Sequence record: PV764938.1
Length of the DNA stretch: 64,000 nucleotides
Strand: one strand, 5' to 3'
Positions 44,911-54,682 of this stretch are shown here, piece after piece. The notes beneath the pieces are model-generated. The model ran no database searches and was not told the origin of the DNA. It was given only the letters and a program-made list of their open reading frames with translations. Position numbers and translations under genes: made by a program. Numbering within the stretch: position 1 is the stretch's first letter; every line of letters begins with the position of its first letter.

Positions 44911-45903
44911 ATGTCGACTATGCTTAGGGATTCCCATACGGCGTCTAGTAACTTCCGTCTCAACAGTCAAGTTTGGGACGGAACCCCTAAGCCCGGCTTT
45001 CTCTATTACATTCGTTTCGTACGCGCAAACGCCGGCGCGTCCGGAAACGATTGGGCCAAGGGCATCGGTATTCTTGCAAAGCAGATCGATCGCCCGAAGG
45101 TCAACTTCGATACCGAAGTCCTCAACCAATACAACAAGAAGCGCATTGTCCAGAAGCGTGTCGAATATGAGCCCGTAAGCTTCACATTTCACGACACCGT
45201 TGACAATAAAGCTCTCCACATGTTCGAGGACTATTTCCGATTCTACTACGGCGATCCTCGTAATTCCAGCGCCACTGATTGGTCCTGGGATATTATGAGC
45301 AACTCGATGAATCCGGGTCAAGCCGGTGCCTGGGGTTATATCCCACCCGTCGGTAATACCAACCTGGCCTACTTCTTCTCGCACATCGAATTCTACTACA
45401 TCTATGGCGGCTATTACAGCCGATACGATATCGTCAACCCGAAGATCAAAAGCTTTACTCCGTCCGATATGAGCATGGATTCCTCCGAAGGTGCATCCGT
45501 TCAAATGACGTTTGAGTTCGAAGGCCTTATCTATCAGGGAAACAATTTGAGCCTCTCTGGTCAGGCTGGTCTCCTACAGGAAATGGGACTGTCAGCGAGT
45601 AGCTTCTATGAGCCCCGTACCGCAAGCGGTAGCGCGGTAATTGGTACCGGCGCTAACTACAGCAAACAGGGTGCCAATCCATTTTACAACTCAGCTGAAC
45701 TATTTGCCCTCGCTTCAGCTGATGCGTCGGCCAGTGCGAACGCAGTAAATCGCAGTTCGACACTGGTCGATTCTAACCTCAGCTTCAACAGCATTTTTAC
45801 TGGTCTCATCACAATGCAAGCTCAGCCCCAGACGACTGTGGTTACAGGTGATCCGACAATCGGTGACAACTTGGCAAAGCGCCTTGTGAAGGGAATGAAA
45901 TAA
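44911..45903 (+). CDS. Baseplate/tube-initiator, tube-fold paralog (gp48/gp54-like)
   Basis: PKPGFLYYIRF, AKQIDRPK.NFDTE.LNQYNKKR......YEPVSFTFHD. Confidence 0.7.
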   Translation: MSTMLRDSHTASSNFRLNSQVWDGTPKPGFLYYIRFVRANAGASGNDWAKGIGILAKQIDRPKVNFDTEVLNQYNKKRIVQKRVEYEPVSFTFHDTVDNKALHMFEDYFRFYYGDPRNSSATDWSWDIMSNSMNPGQAGAWGYIPPVGNTNLAYFFSHIEFYYIYGGYYSRYDIVNPKIKSFTPSDMSMDSSEGASVQMTFEFEGLIYQGNNLSLSGQAGLLQEMGLSASSFYEPRTASGSAVIGTGANYSKQGANPFYNSAELFALASADASASANAVNRSSTLVDSNLSFNSIFTGLITMQAQPQTTVVTGDPTIGDNLAKRLVKGMK

Positions 45904-46334
45904 TGGGAAAGTGGCACCAAGACGTTTTCAATCCGAAGAACCCTGGCAAATACGTAGGAACATTTCCTATCGTGTATCGTTCTGCTTGGGAACTTACGTT
46001 CATGAACGTTTGCGATCAACACCCAAATATCTTGCAGTGGGCGAGTGAGTCGATCCAAATCCCATATCAGAATCCAATGACGGGTCGTTGGCACCGATAC
46101 ATTCCAGATTTCCTCATTCTCTACGCGGACAAGAACGGCAAGAAGCATGGTGAACTCATTGAGATCAAGCCAGCGAGCCAAGCAATCCTCGAACGTGCCC
46201 GTACCAAGCGTGACAAAGAAGCTTACGTGGTAAATGCGGCTAAGTGGAAAGCAGCAGAAGCTTTCTGCGCTCAGCGTAATTTGAAGTTCCGCGTTATGAC
46301 CGAATACGATCTTTACCGCAAAGGCAAAGCCTAA
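45903..46334 (+). CDS. Head completion nuclease, T4 gp4-like (TnsA-like fold)
   Basis: NPKNPGKYVG, YRSAWE, WASE...IPY, YIPDF, IEIKP, N.AKW.AA. Confidence 0.88.
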   Translation: MGKWHQDVFNPKNPGKYVGTFPIVYRSAWELTFMNVCDQHPNILQWASESIQIPYQNPMTGRWHRYIPDFLILYADKNGKKHGELIEIKPASQAILERARTKRDKEAYVVNAAKWKAAEAFCAQRNLKFRVMTEYDLYRKGKA

Positions 46335-46386
46335 TACATCAATCCTGAGTCCCAATAAATACGTATACAATTGGTGAGGGACTCAA

Positions 46387-46806
46387 ATGTATAAGATTGG
46401 TGTAGTAGGGTATTCTTCAGGCGATTTCGACAAAGAAGTTGCTCGCGCTCATATTCGGCGCTTTTTAAATCTTATCGGAAAATACTACGCAAACACCGAC
46501 GACATTGCAGTTGTCAGTGGTCTCACAAATCTCGGTATACCGGCTCTTGCATACGAGGAAGCGGTCGCCGCTAACATGCGCACCGTAGGTATAGCTTGCG
46601 CACGAGCGAGCGAATATGAAGTGTTTCCGGTGGATCTAACAGTTATCGAAGGCGAAGATTGGGGCGATGAATCAGAACGTTTCATCCACTCCATCGATTG
46701 CCTTCTGAGAGTTGGTGGTGGCGAACAGAGCCGTAAGGAAGTCCGAATGTTTTTCGAGGCTTATCCTAGCCGTCCAATTTTCGAAGTGGAGCTTGAACGC
46801 AAATGA
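46387..46806 (+). CDS. Small SLOG-like protein
   Basis: IGVVGYS, VVSGLT..GI.ALAY.EA, WGDES..F, LLRVGGG.QS..E. Confidence 0.6.
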   Translation: MYKIGVVGYSSGDFDKEVARAHIRRFLNLIGKYYANTDDIAVVSGLTNLGIPALAYEEAVAANMRTVGIACARASEYEVFPVDLTVIEGEDWGDESERFIHSIDCLLRVGGGEQSRKEVRMFFEAYPSRPIFEVELERK

Positions 46807-47309
46807 CAAAGCGCATTGAAGAAGTATTGGACCTACCAAGCTTGGAATCCCTAATGGGTGAAAATCCATTGAGTCCCGAAGACCAAGCCAAAATCGACGA
46901 TATCACCCGAGCGTTGGAAGCCAACGACATTGACATCGACAAACATCTGCTGGACCCCGACGGTACACGCGAACATGCTGCGGAGATGGATCAGATCGTT
47001 GACGCCGCAATGACCGCCCATAAGGATGCCATCGATATGGCCTTCAACATGGAACCAAAGAATGCCGGCTCCATTATGGAGCCCGCTGCCCGATTCCTCG
47101 AGCTTTCCATGAAGGCTATGCAGGCAAAGCTCGACGCCCGTATGAAGGGTATCGAATTGAAGATGAAGCGTGAGAAACTAGATCACGAACTTCGCAAGAA
47201 CCAAGAAGAAGGAGTCGTTGAGGGCGAAGCTCCTGTCTCCGAAGCCGGTTCCCTCAAAGATCGAAATCAACTCCTGAAATCCCTGAAGGAAAAGAAATCT
47301 GACAGCTAA
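46803..47309 (+). CDS. Helical protein, possible terminase small subunit
   Basis: Helical/coiled-coil composition and late-cluster position only; no diagnostic motif. Confidence 0.35.
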   Translation: MTKRIEEVLDLPSLESLMGENPLSPEDQAKIDDITRALEANDIDIDKHLLDPDGTREHAAEMDQIVDAAMTAHKDAIDMAFNMEPKNAGSIMEPAARFLELSMKAMQAKLDARMKGIELKMKREKLDHELRKNQEEGVVEGEAPVSEAGSLKDRNQLLKSLKEKKSDS

Positions 47310-47516
47310 GGCGAGGCTCCGTTTTGTAAGATTGCTTCACAATCTTACAAAACCAACCGCTTCTGCGTCAATATTTCCACGCCTGAATTAAGGGCAAAAC
47401 CAGGTTTAATTTTATTGAATATTTCTTCCAGAATCCAGTAAAGTACGCAAATAACGGTAATTGGCCGGACTAAATATTCTACCTTTAGAACAATAAGAAA
47501 AAGACGAGAGAAGAAA

Positions 47517-48491
47517 ATGCTTTTCGAAGAACAAATCGCGCGCAAGCCGAATCTGTACCCATGGACTCAAACGTTCATTGATAAGATTTGGGCGGGCTTT
47601 TGGACTCCTAACGAGTTCGATTTTAAATCCGACTATCACCAGTTCAAGAAGGAAATGCCCGAAAACGAAAAGCAGATCGTAGTCAAGACTCTGTCTGCGA
47701 TCGGTCAGGTAGAAATTGCCGTTAAGCGTTTCTGGGCAAACCTTGGTGATAACTTCCCACACCCTTCCATGTACGACTTGGGTTACGCTATGGCGAACAC
47801 CGAAGTTATTCACAACCAGGCTTATGAAAAGCTCTTGGACGTGTTGAAGCTTGAGAAGGCGTTTCAGGAAAACCTCAACGAGCCCGTTGTAAAGGGTCGT
47901 GTTGAGTACCTACGCAAGTACCTGAATAAGGTATACGCGGACGACAACAAGAAGCAATACATCTACGCGGTCATCCTGTTTACCCTGTTTGTTGAGAACG
48001 TTTCGCTGTTTAGCCAGTTCTACAACATCCTGTGGTTCAACCGCTCGCGTAACAAGCTCAAGGATACTGCACAGCAAGTTCAGTATACTCGTAATGAAGA
48101 GATGCTCCACGCTCTCGTGGGTATCAAAATCATCAACACACTTCGCGAAGAATATCCGGAACTGTTTGATGCAGATCTGGAATCCAAGATCTTCGAAGAG
48201 TGCAATGCAGCATTTGTTGCTGAATCCCAGCTCATCGATTGGATGCTGGGCGATTTCAAGGATGAAGGTATTTCGGCTGAGATTCTGAAAGAGTTCATCA
48301 AGGATCGTATCAATCAGTCCCTAGTCCAGATCGGCTATGGCAAAGCTTTCGATATCGACGACGAACTCATCGACCAGACAACCTGGTTCAACGAGGAACT
48401 CCTCGGTAACAACATGACGGACTTCTTTGTGAAGCGTCCAGTGGAATACTCCAAGAAGAGCCGAGTATTCGACGAAGACAGTCTGTTTTAA
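47517..48491 (+). CDS. nrdB: Ribonucleotide reductase beta subunit
   Basis: FWTPNE, E.IHNQAY, FVENVSLFSQF, NEE.LH, DFF.KRP.EYSK. Confidence 0.95.
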   Translation: MLFEEQIARKPNLYPWTQTFIDKIWAGFWTPNEFDFKSDYHQFKKEMPENEKQIVVKTLSAIGQVEIAVKRFWANLGDNFPHPSMYDLGYAMANTEVIHNQAYEKLLDVLKLEKAFQENLNEPVVKGRVEYLRKYLNKVYADDNKKQYIYAVILFTLFVENVSLFSQFYNILWFNRSRNKLKDTAQQVQYTRNEEMLHALVGIKIINTLREEYPELFDADLESKIFEECNAAFVAESQLIDWMLGDFKDEGISAEILKEFIKDRINQSLVQIGYGKAFDIDDELIDQTTWFNEELLGNNMTDFFVKRPVEYSKKSRVFDEDSLF

Positions 48492-48530
48492 TCAATACAA
48501 TCAATAACCTACACGTATGTCGTTTGAAGG

Positions 48531-50195
48531 ATGGGTACACGCATGATTTATGAAAAGGGCTACTGGCTTAATAAGGACTCTCGGACTTACTTGAGCCGTG
48601 GTTACCTCAAGGAAGGCCAAACTGCGGAAGAGCGTATTAGAGAAATCGCTGACGCCGCAGAAGGCTACCTTGGGATTAAGGGTTTCGCCGACGAGTTTGA
48701 AGAATATATGCTGAACGGCTGGATCTCTCTGAGCTCGCCGGTTTGGTCGAACTTCGGCGCAGGCCGTGGTCTTCCGATCGCATGTAATGGTTCGTTTGTT
48801 GATGATAATATCAACTCGATCCTCGGCAAGACTGCTGAAATTGGTAAGATGACTCAGCTTGGTGCTGGTACATCTGCCTACTATGGAGCACTCCGTCCTC
48901 GCGGTTCGGTAATCTCCACAGGTGGTACCGCTGACGGTCCAGTCCACTACATGGAACTGGTTTCGGCTACCACAAACATCGTAAGCCAGGGCAATGTCCG
49001 CCGTGGTCACTGCGCGGTTTATCTGCCAGTTGAGCATCCGGACATTAAGGAATTCCTGAACCTGCGTGAAGAAGGCTCTTCGATCCAGAACCTGTCCCTG
49101 GGCGTTTGCATTAGCGATGCTTGGATGGAAGAAATGATCGCCGGCGACAAGTCCAAGCGTAAGCTGTGGGCACGTATCATCCAGAAACGTTTTGAATCTG
49201 GCTACCCATACATCTTCTTCACTGACAACGTAAACCGTGGCGCTCCTGCTGTTTACCGTGACAACGACATGAAGATCTACGCCTCGAATATGTGCGTGGA
49301 AATTGCATTGCCGTCGGCTAAGGATGAGTCCTTCGTCTGCTGCCTGGCTTCGCTGAACCTGTTGCATTTTGATGACTGGAAGAACACTCGTGTTGCCCGT
49401 GTTCTCACCATGTTCCTTGATGCTGTTATGCAGGAATACATCGACAAGACTGAAGGTCTTCCGTTCATGGACGACGCACGTCGTTTCGCTATGCGTCACC
49501 GTGCAGTTGGCGTTGGTGTACTTGGCTGGCACTCGTTCCTGCAGAGCAAGATGATTCCGTTCGAAACAGCGGAAGCAAAGCAGCTGAACAAGGACATGCA
49601 CGAGCACATCTTTAACGAGTGCATGGAAGGTTCGAAGGAACTCGCAGCAATTCTCGGTGAGCCTGAGCTTCTCAAGGGTCACGGTCGTCGTAACACCACT
49701 GTTATGGCAATTGCTCCGACAACATCGTCCAGCTTTATCCTGGGTCAGGTTTCGCCAAGCATTGAGCCTCTGAACTCCAACTACTTCACGAAGGATCTTC
49801 AGAAGGGCAAGTTCGGCTTTAAGAACCCACACCTGAAGGAACTCCTGAAGACTTACGGCCAGGACACCAAGGAAACTTGGGATAGCATTTTGCTTGCTGG
49901 TGGTTCGGTTCAGCACTTGCCATTCCTCTCCGCTAAGGAGAAGGCAGTGTTCAAGACGTTCGGTGAAATCGCGCAAATCGAGATCATCATCCAGGCCGCT
50001 GACCGTCAGAAGTTCCTGGATCAGGGCCAGTCCCTGAACCTCATGATTCACCCGGATGCACCACTTGCAGACGTGAACAAGATCATGATTGAAGCTTGGA
50101 AGCTGGGCGTCAAGACCCTGTACTACCAACGCTCCACAAACCCATCGCAGGAACTCGCACGCGAGCTTCTCTCTTGCAAGTCTTGCGAAGCCTAA
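48531..50195 (+). CDS. nrdA: Ribonucleotide reductase alpha subunit (no ATP cone)
   Basis: GLPIAC, RRG.CAVYL, SNMCVEI, CCLASLNL, MAIAPTTSSS, DQGQSLN, KTLYY, C-terminal CKSCEA. Confidence 0.95.
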   Translation: MGTRMIYEKGYWLNKDSRTYLSRGYLKEGQTAEERIREIADAAEGYLGIKGFADEFEEYMLNGWISLSSPVWSNFGAGRGLPIACNGSFVDDNINSILGKTAEIGKMTQLGAGTSAYYGALRPRGSVISTGGTADGPVHYMELVSATTNIVSQGNVRRGHCAVYLPVEHPDIKEFLNLREEGSSIQNLSLGVCISDAWMEEMIAGDKSKRKLWARIIQKRFESGYPYIFFTDNVNRGAPAVYRDNDMKIYASNMCVEIALPSAKDESFVCCLASLNLLHFDDWKNTRVARVLTMFLDAVMQEYIDKTEGLPFMDDARRFAMRHRAVGVGVLGWHSFLQSKMIPFETAEAKQLNKDMHEHIFNECMEGSKELAAILGEPELLKGHGRRNTTVMAIAPTTSSSFILGQVSPSIEPLNSNYFTKDLQKGKFGFKNPHLKELLKTYGQDTKETWDSILLAGGSVQHLPFLSAKEKAVFKTFGEIAQIEIIIQAADRQKFLDQGQSLNLMIHPDAPLADVNKIMIEAWKLGVKTLYYQRSTNPSQELARELLSCKSCEA

Positions 50196-50210
50196 TAAGG
50201 AGATAAATCA

Positions 50211-50435
50211 ATGGCTTACACAGTTTATTCAAAAGACTCTTGCCCATTCTGCAAGCGCGCCAAGGATCTCCTGGATGTTCTTGGTGAAGAATACACAGTG
50301 ATTGATATCACTGAGGGTGACAACCGCACACAGCTAAACGAACGTCTGGGTTATGAAGCCCGGACTGTTCCGCAGATCTGGGACGGTGAGAAGCACGTCG
50401 GTGGATTCACCGAACTGGTTGCTTACACGAAATAA
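50211..50435 (+). CDS. Glutaredoxin
   Basis: CPFC, RTVPQIW, HVGGFTEL. Confidence 0.92.
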   Translation: MAYTVYSKDSCPFCKRAKDLLDVLGEEYTVIDITEGDNRTQLNERLGYEARTVPQIWDGEKHVGGFTELVAYTK

Positions 50436-50494
50436 AAGAATTTGACCAGAAGCTCAAAAATTTAAAGGTTTTTGAGCTCTGGTGAAAGGTTTTT

Positions 50495-50523
50495 GAGGGA
50501 GCTTCGGCTCCCTTTTTCTTTTT
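50495..50523 (+). terminator. Intrinsic terminator
   Basis: AGGGAGC-TTCG-GCTCCCT-TTTTCTTTTT. Confidence 0.85.
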
Positions 50524-50556
50524 CCGCTAAATACTGGAAACCCCATGGAGGTACCT

Positions 50557-51312
50557 ATGAAGAATTTCTATGAATATCTGTCCAGTGTGAAGAGAGAGTA
50601 CAAGTACAAGCTGAAACTCGCGATCAACGTTGATGATGAAGTCCTCGACAAGATCGAACGTGTTCTCAAGCGTTATGATGCATTGGAAATCTCCAAACCA
50701 AAGAAGTCTATTTTGCAGCGCAATGAAATCGACTTCCCGGATGCAGGACCAGTCGAGTCCTGGACAATCGCAATTACAACTGAACGTCCGCTGGTTGCAC
50801 AACAGCTCACAAACGATCTCAAGAAGGCATTGAACGTTTCGGAGATCTTTATCCGTGTTCGTGGTGAAAATGAACCAGTAGCTGTTGAGTCTCGCTTTGC
50901 TGAGGAATTCGCAGTTGTTGATGAAAAGGTCGGTGAATCCGAAGTTGCAACTCTGCTTGGCAATGATGAAGTCGTAGAAGACCAAGTCATGGCCTACGGT
51001 GACGATTACAACCAGAGCTTGCTCAACTACTTGGCTCAGATTCAGTCGAATCGTGCTGAAGAGCAGACGAAGGCAATGGGTCACAAGAGCCTATTTGGTT
51101 GGCTTGACAATCAGACAGCAATCGAAGACGCCGAGTTCAATGCGGATCACAAGGGCGTTCGTCCCGTTAGTGGTTCCACCGTAAAGGCGAAGGCAGCTAA
51201 GGCTCCCGCTGATGTAGCTCCGACTGGTAACTTTGATTCGCGCATCAAGCACGCTTCAAAGACAGTAAAGACTGGCACAGGACTGAAGAAGATCGAAGGC
51301 AAGGGCGAATAA
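50557..51312 (+). CDS. Late (probably virion) protein
   Basis: TAAATA upstream, GGAGG RBS before MKNFYEYL. Confidence 0.55.
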   Translation: MKNFYEYLSSVKREYKYKLKLAINVDDEVLDKIERVLKRYDALEISKPKKSILQRNEIDFPDAGPVESWTIAITTERPLVAQQLTNDLKKALNVSEIFIRVRGENEPVAVESRFAEEFAVVDEKVGESEVATLLGNDEVVEDQVMAYGDDYNQSLLNYLAQIQSNRAEEQTKAMGHKSLFGWLDNQTAIEDAEFNADHKGVRPVSGSTVKAKAAKAPADVAPTGNFDSRIKHASKTVKTGTGLKKIEGKGE

Positions 51313-53429
51313 TGGCTGGGCAGAAGCGTACATCAATTCCCGCGGTTCCTAATACGACTCGTGGAACTTACCGCAAGCAAGTATCTCCAACGGAAGATGC
51401 TGTATTGCCGAATACAACTGTTCCCGTGACTGCGCCGGTTCTCACGGGCGGGTTTAGTGGTGTACCTACTGCGACATCTTCGACTTTCGATGTTCTCGAC
51501 AACATTCGCGTAAACACGTTGGGTTCAGCAAATGATTCCAGCGTGTTCTCCGCTATTGATAAGTCGAAGGGCTTCTACGACCTTAACTTCAAGGGATTCG
51601 CTGTCTCAGGCGATCTGGAACTCACTGAGACACCTACTACGATTGTTCTCGGCATCAAGGCCCCGGAAGTCCAACCCACGTTTATTGAATCCGGTGTAAA
51701 CTTGGATCAAACTGGTGGCCGCATCTACAAAGGCGTGGATGGTTCGACCTTGCAGTTCCGTACAATCAAGGTAGGCCCGAACCTCACAGTTCAGCAAAGC
51801 GCCAATAGCGTTGAAATCGGTCTTGGATTCGATCCGACAACCGGTGATATCTCCAACGCCGCTAACATTGGCTCTGCAGGTGCAGAAGTATTCCATAGCA
51901 AGGATGGTTCTACTCTGAACTTCCGTCGCTTGGCCTCTTCTAGCAACGCATTGAGCCTGAGCATGGATTCTTCTGGTACTCAGATCATCTTCACGGTCAA
52001 CGAGAACCAATTCAACATTGCAAGCTTCAGTGGTGTACTTCCGGCAAGCCGAGTTTCCGGTCTGCATCCGATTGCCACATCCGCCGACTATAATCAGCTC
52101 AACAATAAGCCGTTGATCCCGACAAGTCTCGCACAAATGTCGGACGTCTCTGGTACACCAACAAACGGTGCAGTCCTCCGTTATGTTTCGGGTACTGGCT
52201 GGACTCCTGGTGCTGTTGATGCCGTAAGCACAATCGGAACTGTTCGTGCAGGTCCAAACACAATTGTTGCAACTGCACCGAATACGGATATCCGTTTCAA
52301 TCCGGGTAGCGAACTCACTGTTGAAGCAAACGTGATTGATCGCTCCGTCACATATAACCTGAAACCAACGGGTGTGACTGCGGGTTCCTATACGAACTCA
52401 AACATTCAGGTAGATTCGTTCGGTCGCATCATCGGTATTGCCAACGGAACTTCCGGTGGTTCATCCAACTTTGTTGATCCAATGACCACTTCCGGTGACA
52501 TGATTGTCCGTGGTGGTTCTGCCCCGACTCGTTTGCCGATTGGTTCGAATGATCAGATCCTCACAATCGTCAATGGAATGCCTGCGTGGAAGACTTTCAC
52601 AAGTCCAGCTGGCTCTGGTACTGTTCGCAGTGTTGGTCTTTTCGGTAAGAACGGCATCGATATTCAGGGTGGTCCGATCACGGATTCCGGTATCATCAAC
52701 GTTGGTCTAAAACCGACGGGTGTTGCTGCGGGAACATACACCAACGCAACTATCCAAGTCGACGTTAGTGGCCGTGTCATTAGCGCGGCAAATGGCTCCG
52801 GTGGTGGTGCTGGTGGTAACCCAATTCGCGTCGATACCGGTTATGGTCTCACAGGTGGTGGTCCACTCACAAGTAACCTCACGTTGAGCCTCCAGAAGAC
52901 CGGCGTAACCGCTGGTACATTTACGGCTCCGCGTATCCAAGTCGACGAATACGGTCGTATTCTTTCGATCCAGAACGGCACTGGAGGCGGTGGTGGCGTG
53001 ACTAGTGTTGCGGCTACTGGTGTGAATGGCATCAACGTTACTGGCGGTCCTATTACGGATTCCGGCACACTCACAGTCACACTCACGGATACTGGTGTTG
53101 TAGCGGGTCAGGTCGCATTGAAGCGTTTCACAGTTAACTCGGCGGGTCGAATCACAAACGTCAACAACACGGCGGATTTGGACCTCGAAGTCAACATCAA
53201 CAACGTGAGCACTGGTGAGCCAATTATTGACAAAACTGGTGGACTCTACTTTGCTGCCTACACGGCTGCACAGATCGGAAATAAGAACCATGCCGTCAAC
53301 ACCCAGAACAAGGGTCTGGGCAAATGTATCCTGAACATCACGAATTATCAGTTGATGTTTGCGACGGATGAAACACCTACAGCGCCTTGGGCACAACTCG
53401 GTGGCACCGTACAGATAACACCCGCATAA
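51312..53429 (+). CDS. Repeat-rich fibre/decoration virion protein
   Basis: TGVxAGxYTxxxIQVDxxGR repeats (x3 plus one variant), GxNGIxxxGGPITDSG x2, LxFRT/RR modules x2. Confidence 0.7.
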   Translation: MAGQKRTSIPAVPNTTRGTYRKQVSPTEDAVLPNTTVPVTAPVLTGGFSGVPTATSSTFDVLDNIRVNTLGSANDSSVFSAIDKSKGFYDLNFKGFAVSGDLELTETPTTIVLGIKAPEVQPTFIESGVNLDQTGGRIYKGVDGSTLQFRTIKVGPNLTVQQSANSVEIGLGFDPTTGDISNAANIGSAGAEVFHSKDGSTLNFRRLASSSNALSLSMDSSGTQIIFTVNENQFNIASFSGVLPASRVSGLHPIATSADYNQLNNKPLIPTSLAQMSDVSGTPTNGAVLRYVSGTGWTPGAVDAVSTIGTVRAGPNTIVATAPNTDIRFNPGSELTVEANVIDRSVTYNLKPTGVTAGSYTNSNIQVDSFGRIIGIANGTSGGSSNFVDPMTTSGDMIVRGGSAPTRLPIGSNDQILTIVNGMPAWKTFTSPAGSGTVRSVGLFGKNGIDIQGGPITDSGIINVGLKPTGVAAGTYTNATIQVDVSGRVISAANGSGGGAGGNPIRVDTGYGLTGGGPLTSNLTLSLQKTGVTAGTFTAPRIQVDEYGRILSIQNGTGGGGGVTSVAATGVNGINVTGGPITDSGTLTVTLTDTGVVAGQVALKRFTVNSAGRITNVNNTADLDLEVNINNVSTGEPIIDKTGGLYFAAYTAAQIGNKNHAVNTQNKGLGKCILNITNYQLMFATDETPTAPWAQLGGTVQITPA

Positions 53430-53461
53430 ATATCAGAAATACCGTGTGAAAGGTACCACCT

Positions 53462-54676
53462 ATGTCTGAGACAAAAGTTACATTGAGCATTTCTTCTAAC
53501 GAAGGGGAGAACTCTTCTTCGACCACAATCCAGACTAATTCCCTCAGCGAATTGCATCGTATGTTGGATCTTGCTGGTGTGCCTGGCGCTTACGATTATG
53601 CAACGACTAACGAGCCCGTAGCTCAGGAAGTTGATGCAGAAGTTGTTGAGCAGGAAACATACAAGCCATCGGCTTCGAATCAGGTTCGCAACCCGAATCA
53701 CAAACCTAACAACCCACGTTTCGCGGACAACTCGCTTGAGGAAGACTTCGCGGACCCAAGCATGGATCTTGAAAACGTGAACCCGCATTTCATCACAGAC
53801 ACTTACTCGAACTATTTGGCATTCGTTGATCACGAAGAAGCCGTAGCCCGCACCGCAGACGAATTTGGTATCACTGGCGAAGCTGTTGAGCGCGTTATTG
53901 ACGATGCTCGCCGCGCTAAGGAACAAGCAAAGGAATTCTCCGAGGATTTCGACGACTACAATCAGGTTGAGCCAGGTGAAGAAGCTCCTCCGGCCCCAAA
54001 GGGTTTCAAGGATTACCTGAGTGACCTGGGTGCAGAGCGCGAAGTACAGCACGCGGATAAGCGTTTCCAGGTTAAGGTAGAGTGGATGGATTCCGCCTAC
54101 AACAGCCAGTTCGAAGACATGGTTGTCACTGCTGGAACTGCAAAAGAAGCCGAGCAAGCTGTTCTGTCCATGTTGAAGATCAACAACGGCGGAAAGCTCA
54201 ACGTCATCGACACAGAAGTTGAAGAGTTTGTTGGCGAAGGCGAAGTCGATGAAGCCTATGGCTACCGCAAGAATAGCTGGGATCAGAAGGCACTGGATCG
54301 TCGTTACGATCACCAGGCAGCTCTTCTTCCAGTACCGGGCATGTATAGCCTGGAATCTCTCGGAACACACGAATACTACGGCAAGGACCTCACTGATGGT
54401 AAGGGCGCCTACGTCGTAATGAAGATTGACACCGGCGATGCCGCAAAGCCTCGCTATACTTTCTGTGCCACGTATGGCGACGCATCCGACTGGAAAGCGG
54501 GTGACACAGTTCTAACGTATCATGACCAATCAGGTAAAGAACGCCCAGCAGTCGTTATTACGAACTTCTCGGCAGCTGAATGGAATGATCCAGCCGGCCG
54601 CATGGATATTGCCAAGCGAATGGCACAAGGAGGTATGGATCCTAAGAAGAAGTATTCGGTTAGGACCTTCAAATAA
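53462..54676 (+). CDS. Acidic late protein, putative internal head/prohead core protein
   Basis: TAAATA upstream; very acidic; LHRMLDLAGV motif; LEE/VDEA junctions. Confidence 0.5.
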   Translation: MSETKVTLSISSNEGENSSSTTIQTNSLSELHRMLDLAGVPGAYDYATTNEPVAQEVDAEVVEQETYKPSASNQVRNPNHKPNNPRFADNSLEEDFADPSMDLENVNPHFITDTYSNYLAFVDHEEAVARTADEFGITGEAVERVIDDARRAKEQAKEFSEDFDDYNQVEPGEEAPPAPKGFKDYLSDLGAEREVQHADKRFQVKVEWMDSAYNSQFEDMVVTAGTAKEAEQAVLSMLKINNGGKLNVIDTEVEEFVGEGEVDEAYGYRKNSWDQKALDRRYDHQAALLPVPGMYSLESLGTHEYYGKDLTDGKGAYVVMKIDTGDAAKPRYTFCATYGDASDWKAGDTVLTYHDQSGKERPAVVITNFSAAEWNDPAGRMDIAKRMAQGGMDPKKKYSVRTFK

Positions 54677-54682
54677 TAAAAT

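Noticed and set aside
45903-46334. TnsA transposase or homing endonuclease
   Set aside because: Motifs and position next to tail-tube genes match the T4 gp4 head-completion protein; no transposon ends or partner genes.
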